Shown: one piece after another, positions 1-4,033 of the stretch | Position numbering within the stretch: position 1 is the first letter of the stretch | How the letters are laid out: every line of letters starts with the position of its first letter | DNA from: a virus | Lineage: Duplodnaviria > Heunggongvirae > Uroviricota > Caudoviricetes | IMG/VR virus record: IMGVR_UViG_3300014614_000008 | Location: 1 to 4,033 of that record | Direction: 5' to 3' (one strand) | DNA: 4,033 nucleotides | Program-made: the position numbers and the translations under genes | The notes under the pieces: generated by a model | The model's database searches: none | Told to the model about the DNA's origin: nothing | Seen by the model: the letters and a program-made list of their open reading frames with translations, nothing else

Positions 1-407
1 GCCAGGTACGCAGCATCAGACGTTCCAGCATCGGACGGGTAAACTGCCCGGTGACTTCCGGACTGACAGACCATTCACTCCATCGGGTGCGTATCTCCGC
101 TGCCAGATCACGGGCAATGGCCCCATTGCGTAATACCGGATGTGGCTCGACAATAATCCCGTTTTTTCCCACCACCCGTTCTTCCAGCTTGTCAAATACA
201 CCAATAACCAGATCGTGGTTGTTATCAAGGTAACGGGCCTGCTCACGTAACGACACGGCCCCGTACTGGCTTAACTGGTCGGCAGTTCGGTTTTCCCGCC
301 GGGCTTTGTTTTACGGCCTCATAAGCCTGGATCACCGCACGGGAACGCAGCCTTGCCGCTTTCCATCCTGGTGAAAAAACGCCAATCACATCATCAAGAA
401 TTGCCAT
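1..407 (-). CDS. Phage portal protein, N-terminal part (lambdoid prophage portal family); 3' end lies beyond the window; reading frame breaks near 304..316 so it may be a pseudogene or carry a sequencing error
   Basis: ATG at 407..405 overlaps the W stop (minus strand TGATG at 409..405). That frame reads MAILDDVIGVFSPGWKAARLRSRAVIQAYEAVK then hits a stop at 245..243. A second frame, offset by one base, is open from about 310 to position 1 and reads NKARRENRTADQLSQYGAVSLREQARYLDNNHDLVIGVFDKLEERVVGKNGIIVEPHPVLRNGAIARDLAAEIRTRWSEWSVSPEVTGQFTRPMLERLMLRTW (my own translation; this frame is not in the supplied ORF track because it has no stop inside the window). Both pieces resemble lambdoid prophage portal N-termini as I recall them, and the position after terL-W matches lambda Nu1-A-W-B order. 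Confidence 0.7.
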
Positions 408-619
408 CAGAACCTCGCCAGCCGGTACCCGGGATGCCCCCGTCGTCGTGTAATCAGAGCCGCAAGGCGGCGCTCCCACTCCTGCCGTCCCTGCCGGATC
501 TCAGATAAGTTTTCCATGGTCATCTGCTGACCATTAAAGGTGACGGATTTTCCGTCCAGCACCGCCATTTCAGCTTCCGTATAACGCTGAATCATGGCTT
601 CGATATCATTCTGGTTCAT
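407..619 (-). CDS. Head-tail joining / head completion protein, lambda gpW family
   Basis: 70-aa product MNQNDIEAMIQRYTEAEMAVLDGKSVTFNGQQMTMENLSEIRQGRQEWERRLAALITRRRGHPGYRLARF. The C-terminal TRRRGHPGY motif parallels lambda gpW TQRRRGPAGF, and the size (lambda gpW is 68 aa) and position between terL and portal fit. The start at 619 forms ATGA with the terL stop (618..616) and has a GGAGGA Shine-Dalgarno 5 nt upstream; the ORF-track start at 625 (MVM...) sits too close to that SD. Confidence 0.75.
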   Translation of the reverse strand: MNQNDIEAMIQRYTEAEMAVLDGKSVTFNGQQMTMENLSEIRQGRQEWERRLAALITRRRGHPGYRLARF

Positions 620-2717
620 AACCATCCTCCGGAAGTCAGCCAGGGGTTAACATCGTCAGTTACTGTTTTCTTCCGTTTTTGTTTTTTAACAGGCGTGGAT
701 ACCGGTTCCGGTGAGGGTGACGGTTCGGTACTGTCCGGGACACACTCCAGCCAGGTTTCCCGGCTCGCCCACTCCGGTGCATCCGGCCAGCGGATCTTTT
801 CGTATCCATGCAGAATGACCAGAGCCTCGGCATACACCATTAGGTCAAAAGCTTCGTTGGCACCGCGACCCGGCTTACTCCATTTCCCGTCACTACTCCG
901 CTCTTCATACGTCAGTTCGTCGTAAAACCAGCTCCCCAGCCAGTCAGGGAAATGCACATAGCCGGGACCTGGCGAGTCACGCCATAACGCGTTATTCACC
1001 CGGTCTTTCAGGGCATCCGTCTGAAGAAGCCAGAGCGGCACATCACCTGCGGCCTGCGCCCGTCGGCCCGTTCGTCCGGTGTTATCAGGGAATGTACGGG
1101 TGATCAGTTTTGCGCGCCGGATGCTGTCGCCCTTAAACAGGTAAATACGTTTACCAAGGCCATCACGACGGCAACGACGCCAGAATTTATAGGCATTATC
1201 AGTGACCCCGTCTTCACCGCCGGAGTCCACCGCCATTGCCATCAGTCGCATTTGTTGAGAAGGATCGGAGGCCAGCGGCCAGCTTTTATGAAAAACATCC
1301 GTCAGCAGGACATCCCAGTCTTCCGGATAGCTGGCCGGATCAATTCGCTGGCTCTCCCCGTCGCTGTCACCGCGCAATGACTGCGTGATGTTGTAACGAT
1401 CAATAATCCAGCGTTCGCCACGGCTGCCATAGCCCGTTACCTGAACCACAAAACGGCGATGACGTCCCGCCTGCACATCCACTGTCGCCACAAGGAAATT
1501 AACGCCATCCGGCACACTGCGGGAAGGAACTGGCTCTGCCCGCTGCTCAAGCAGTTCACTTTTTCGTTGCTCCATGCTGGCACGGGGAAGATAAGGTAAT
1601 CCCCAGTCGGTATTGATAACCGTCTTGAGTGTTTCTTCACTTCCGGTTGTCTCGTATTCCTGTTCTGCAGTAAGCAGTTTGTAAACGAGTTGCGAGAGTG
1701 TCTGGTAAGCAGCTGCCGGACCCTCCATCCAGAATGACGCAATACGTGAGCGTCGGGGATCACCATAACGACTGCCATCCGCATTGATGGATTCACCATC
1801 CCGCAACCAGACCCCACGTCCGTTCAGCTCACGTTTTTGTTCAGGCATAATCCGTCCTGAACAGGAAGGACACTGAATATAAGCCGCCTCACTTGCCAGC
1901 ACGGGATCGGCAATATCACGGAAACCAGCAACCACATCGCCGCAGGGCTGAAAATACTCACCACAGTGTGGACAGGGCCAGTACCAGCGACGGCGATCGC
2001 CACGGTTATAGAGCGACAGTATCCCCGTGGTTGGTGGAGCCTCATGCGGTGAAGTCCGTCGCCATTTCACATCCTTCACATCCCTGCCGGGGGAACTCTC
2101 CACCAGCGTCATACCACTGGACATAAATGTGGTGGTACGTTTTGAGGCAAGAGAGAAGGCATCCCCCTCGCCATCAATATCTTCCGGAAAACGGTCATAA
2201 TCCGTCAGCGCCACGCATTTATAATCTGATGAGGACATGATATTGACTGACGGCCAGCCGATTTTCAGGTAGTTGCCAGCAAGGAATGTTCTGTCATAAA
2301 CGTTGTTGTCATTTTTGTTCGGACTCAGGCGACTGACCACTTCCGGGCTGACGCGAAACGTTCTGGCAAGTCGTTTTTTGGAGTGTNNNNNNNNNNTTCC
2401 TCCGTCATCTGAATGATCAGCATATCCGCAGGATCGCAAATCACGTTGTAAATCACCCAGCCGTCAATCAGGCCGATAGTCTTGCCGGTTCGTGCCGGAC
2501 CAACAAATATCACTGCGTCGTATTCACGCGAGGCCAGGCAGTTCATCGGCTCAATAACATACGGTGCCACCAGCGGATCCCACGGGACTGAGTTCCCTGC
2601 CCCCATGGGCACCCGCATATACTGAGCAACGGCATCAGCAACCCGCATTCGTCTCGGTGCGCGAAGGATATAACCTGAATCGGTTCGTGCTGCCTTTGCG
2701 GTTTCCTGATTCAGCAT
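616..2717 (-). CDS. terL: Terminase large subunit, lambda gpA family; interrupted by a 10-N assembly gap at 2387..2396 with the frames on either side out of register
   Basis: N-terminal segment (2717 down to 2397) reads MLNQETAKAARTDSGY...YDAVIFVGPARTGKT...DMLIIQMTEE with a P-loop-like GPARTGKT. C-terminal segment (2386 down to 616) contains CPHCGEYF...CPSCSG (compare lambda gpA CPHCGEE), VATVDVQAGRHRRFVVQVTGYGSRGERWIIDRYNI (compare lambda TAGIDSQLDRYEMRVWGWGPGEESWLIDRQII), GKRIYLFKGDS and DLMVYAEAL, ending in a basic tail KKQKRKK. The ORF track splits it into 2325..2717 and 616..2439 because of the N-run. Stop at 618..616. Confidence 0.9.
2387..2396. other. Assembly gap (run of 10 N) inside terL
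   Basis: Ten consecutive N at 2387..2396. The terL frame upstream of the gap (codon starts congruent to 2 mod 3) and downstream (congruent to 0 mod 3) differ, so the N-run is a placeholder of unknown true length. Confidence 0.95.
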
Positions 2718-3211
2718 TACTCCTCCTGCTGTAATTCCTCCTCATCATCCGCACCTGCTTCAGTCACCCGCAGGGCTATCTGATCGCGCAGATCATCAAT
2801 AATGGACTGAACACGGCTCACAGCGGCAGGCTGCAGACCGCAGTCACGTTCAAGAATATCCGGTAATGTCTCCAGCACCTGCACGACCGCTTTTGCCCAG
2901 ATGGCAAACTCCCGTCTGACATCACTGGCCGGAATGAGTTGTGCCGTTTCCTGTTCGAACTTAAGACGCTCACGTTCAGACTGATACCAGGCTTTGCGCT
3001 CATGCGCGTCCATTTCGCCTTCTGCAACCGGCGGTGGTAATGCCAGAAATGCCGACACAATATCAACCACCCGATAAAGCTTGAGGTTGCTTTCATGCCC
3101 CCCTGCAACGGGTAGATTTTGCAGCCTTGCCGCAGCAGTCTGGCGATGTACACCTGACAGTGCCGCCAGTTGACTGATATTCAGCGTCAGATTTTTTAAC
3201 TCTCGATCCAT
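2717..3211 (-). CDS. terS: Terminase small subunit, lambda Nu1-like (DNA packaging protein Nu1 homolog)
   Basis: 164-aa product MDRELKNLTLNISQLAALSGVHRQTAAARLQNLP... with an N-terminal helix-turn-helix-like segment as in lambda Nu1 and an acidic C-terminus. GGAG Shine-Dalgarno at 3220..3217 lies 5 nt upstream of the ATG at 3211. Its TAA stop (2719..2717) overlaps the terL ATG (2717..2715) as TAATG. Sits immediately downstream of a cos-like site, as in lambda. Confidence 0.85.
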   Translation of the reverse strand: MDRELKNLTLNISQLAALSGVHRQTAAARLQNLPVAGGHESNLKLYRVVDIVSAFLALPPPVAEGEMDAHERKAWYQSERERLKFEQETAQLIPASDVRREFAIWAKAVVQVLETLPDILERDCGLQPAAVSRVQSIIDDLRDQIALRVTEAGADDEEELQQEE

Positions 3212-3263
3212 ACCCGCTCCAGAATGTTTTAAACATGCATCTTGCGAACAACTTTAGGCAAAA

Positions 3264-3350
3264 GGTGTTAGTGGTGAACAAAAAACAATCAAAATAGACA
3301 CCATAAAAATAAAATCACCGTAATATCAATACATTACAGTAGTGGTGATG
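3264..3350. promoter_or_regulatory. Candidate cosB-like terminase-binding region: repeats flanking an IHF consensus
   Basis: TAGTGGTGA occurs as a direct repeat at 3269..3277 and 3340..3348, with an inverted partial copy (ATCACCG) at 3314..3320. TATCAATACATTA at 3324..3336 matches the IHF consensus WATCAANNNNTTR exactly and lies between the cosN-proximal repeat and the inverted copy, mirroring the lambda R3-I1-R2-R1 layout. The region is AT-rich and has no plausible ORF. Confidence 0.45.
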
Positions 3351-3380
3351 ACGAATGAAATTTCAAAAACTAGCCTTTTT

Positions 3381-3403
3381 CCGCGACGCTCCCGCCCCGT
3401 GGC
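3381..3403 (-). other. Candidate cosN (cohesive-end nicking site) of a lambda-like phage
   Basis: Minus strand reads GCCACG GGGCGGGAGCGT CGCGG, against lambda ...TTACG GGGCGGCGACCT CGCGGG: 8 of 12 identities in the 12-nt cohesive-end segment (3386..3397) plus matching ACG and CGCGG flanks. It lies about 175 bp upstream of the terS start; lambda Nu1 starts at nt 191 from the left cohesive end. Confidence 0.5.
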
Positions 3404-3568
3404 AGGCCACCCCACCGGGAGGACCCGTCAGCCTGACAGCTCTGACGAACGACTGATACAACGCCTTGCATGAGTGGCATCGGGATAATCCAGAAAGGCA
3501 TAGCATCGTGCCCACAAGAATCTGTGTAAGTGTCCTGTTTCTTCCACCCCCGCACAGGACTGGCGAGC

Positions 3569-3745
3569 ATGAGGGACAAACCCGCGAACCATAAACGCGG
3601 TAAAAACCCGGTGTGCATCGTTTTTGATTATTCCCGCACACTCGCGCAGAAGGAGTTCCCCGTCGGGCTACGGTCTCTGTTAATACGGGAATACGGCGAC
3701 GATACAGCGCATGATGTGTCAGGCTTGAATACCTTTATCCTTTAA
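3569..3745 (+). CDS. Hypothetical small protein (58 aa from the ATG; the ORF track extends it to a GTG at 3530), unknown function; may be non-coding
   Basis: Open frame MRDKPANHKRGKNPVCIVFDYSRTLAQKEFPVGLRSLLIREYGDDTAHDVSGLNTFIL on the strand opposite the packaging genes, between cos and IS1. Only a weak possible SD (AGGA about 9 nt upstream of the ATG at 3569), no convincing promoter, and no family I recognise. Confidence 0.2.
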   Translation: MRDKPANHKRGKNPVCIVFDYSRTLAQKEFPVGLRSLLIREYGDDTAHDVSGLNTFIL

Positions 3746-3827
3746 AAGGGATATCAGTTAAGTTATCCCGTGTAGGGTATAAGCCATTATCAAAGCCACT
3801 CTGTAGGGAATGGCTTTTGTGATGGCA

Positions 3828-3899
3828 TCACTTACTCTTTACGCTGCTATCCCACTCATCCCGGAATTTTGATGGGTTATTGAAACCTTCTGCTGACAT
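3828..3899 (-). CDS. Hypothetical 23-aa micro-ORF with a canonical Shine-Dalgarno; unknown function
   Basis: Minus strand AAGGAG (3910..3905), 5-nt spacer, ATG at 3899..3897, then MSAEGFNNPSKFRDEWDSSVKSK and a TGA at 3830..3828. A 7-bp inverted repeat (AAAGCCA/TGGCTTT, 3792..3798 and 3811..3817) follows. No homolog recognised. Confidence 0.2.
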   Translation of the reverse strand: MSAEGFNNPSKFRDEWDSSVKSK

Positions 3900-3957
3900 A
3901 ACAACTCCTTCAATGTTTGGCTGAAATTAGGATGTCTTTCCATCAGTCCGCCACCAC

Positions 3958-4033
3958 GGTGATGCTGCCAACTTACTGATTTAGTGTATGATGGTGTTTT
4001 TGAGGTGCTCCAGTGGCTTCTGTTTCTATCAGC
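3958..4033 (+). mobile_element. IS1 insertion sequence, left end (first 76 bp); the element continues beyond the window
   Basis: 3958..4033 reads GGTGATGCTGCCAACTTACTGATTTAGTGTATGATGGTGTTTTTGAGGTGCTCCAGTGGCTTCTGTTTCTATCAGC, which matches the canonical IS1 left terminus as I remember it, including the 23-bp terminal inverted repeat at 3958..3980. Confidence 0.9.
4013..4033 (+). CDS. insA: IS1 InsA (transposition repressor / N-terminal part of the InsAB' transposase), first 7 codons only
   Basis: GTG GCT TCT GTT TCT ATC AGC translates to (M)ASVSIS, the known InsA N-terminus, at the expected distance from the IS1 end. Confidence 0.8.

Noticed and set aside
16-246. Minus-strand 76-aa ORF and plus-strand ORF 51..233 from the track
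   Set aside because: They lie in the wrong frame or strand over the portal gene. The portal-like translation is in the third minus-strand frame, which is open to the window edge.
695-2126. ORFs inside terL on other frames or the opposite strand (695..925 +, 1437..1817 -, 1824..2045 -, 1893..2126 +)
   Set aside because: Fully nested in the strongly supported terL frame, with low-complexity or Cys/Arg-rich translations and no start signals; typical shadow ORFs.
3224-3236. Perfect 13-bp palindrome ATGTTTTAAACAT just upstream of the terS ribosome-binding site
   Set aside because: A 6+6 inverted repeat in AT-rich DNA is expected by chance about once in a window this size; no supporting promoter or operator context.
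2818-3281. ORFs 2818..3153 (-) and 3093..3281 (-)
   Set aside because: They overlap terS in alternative frames (the second also covers the terS start and SD); no independent support.
3363-3641. Minus-strand ORFs 3363..3641 (92 aa) and 3370..3618 (82 aa)
   Set aside because: They span the putative cosN and cosB-proximal sequence, have no usable SD and give Cys/Arg/Gly-rich translations typical of chance frames in GC-rich DNA.
3748-3769. Inverted repeat GGGATA-10 nt-TATCCC right after the stop of the plus-strand small ORF
   Set aside because: Short stem, long loop and no downstream T-tract, so not a convincing intrinsic terminator.
1-4033. Search for tRNA, rRNA, CRISPR repeats, or defence / toxin-antitoxin gene signatures
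   Set aside because: No regularly spaced direct repeats, no tRNA-like structure noticed, and the coding capacity is fully accounted for by phage packaging genes plus IS1; nothing supports a novel system here.

Overview
This window is the DNA-packaging / head-morphogenesis end of a lambda-like (cos-type) prophage, probably in an Escherichia/Shigella-type host, in a draft-quality assembly. All phage genes read on the minus strand in lambda order: terS (Nu1-like, 2717..3211), terL (gpA-like, 616..2717, interrupted by a 10-N gap at 2387..2396), a gpW-like head-tail joining protein (407..619), and the start of the portal gene (407 down to 1, continuing beyond the window, with a frame break near 304..316). 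Upstream of terS is an AT-rich cosB-like region (direct and inverted GGTGA-core repeats flanking a perfect IHF consensus) and a lambda-like cosN at about 3386..3397. Beyond cos lie about 560 bp with only small, unsupported ORFs, then the left end of an IS1 element at 3958 running off the window. I found no tRNA, rRNA or CRISPR array, and no evidence of a novel system: this is an ordinary, possibly decaying, prophage structural region. Protein identifications rest on my recollection of family motifs and on gene order, not on any database search.
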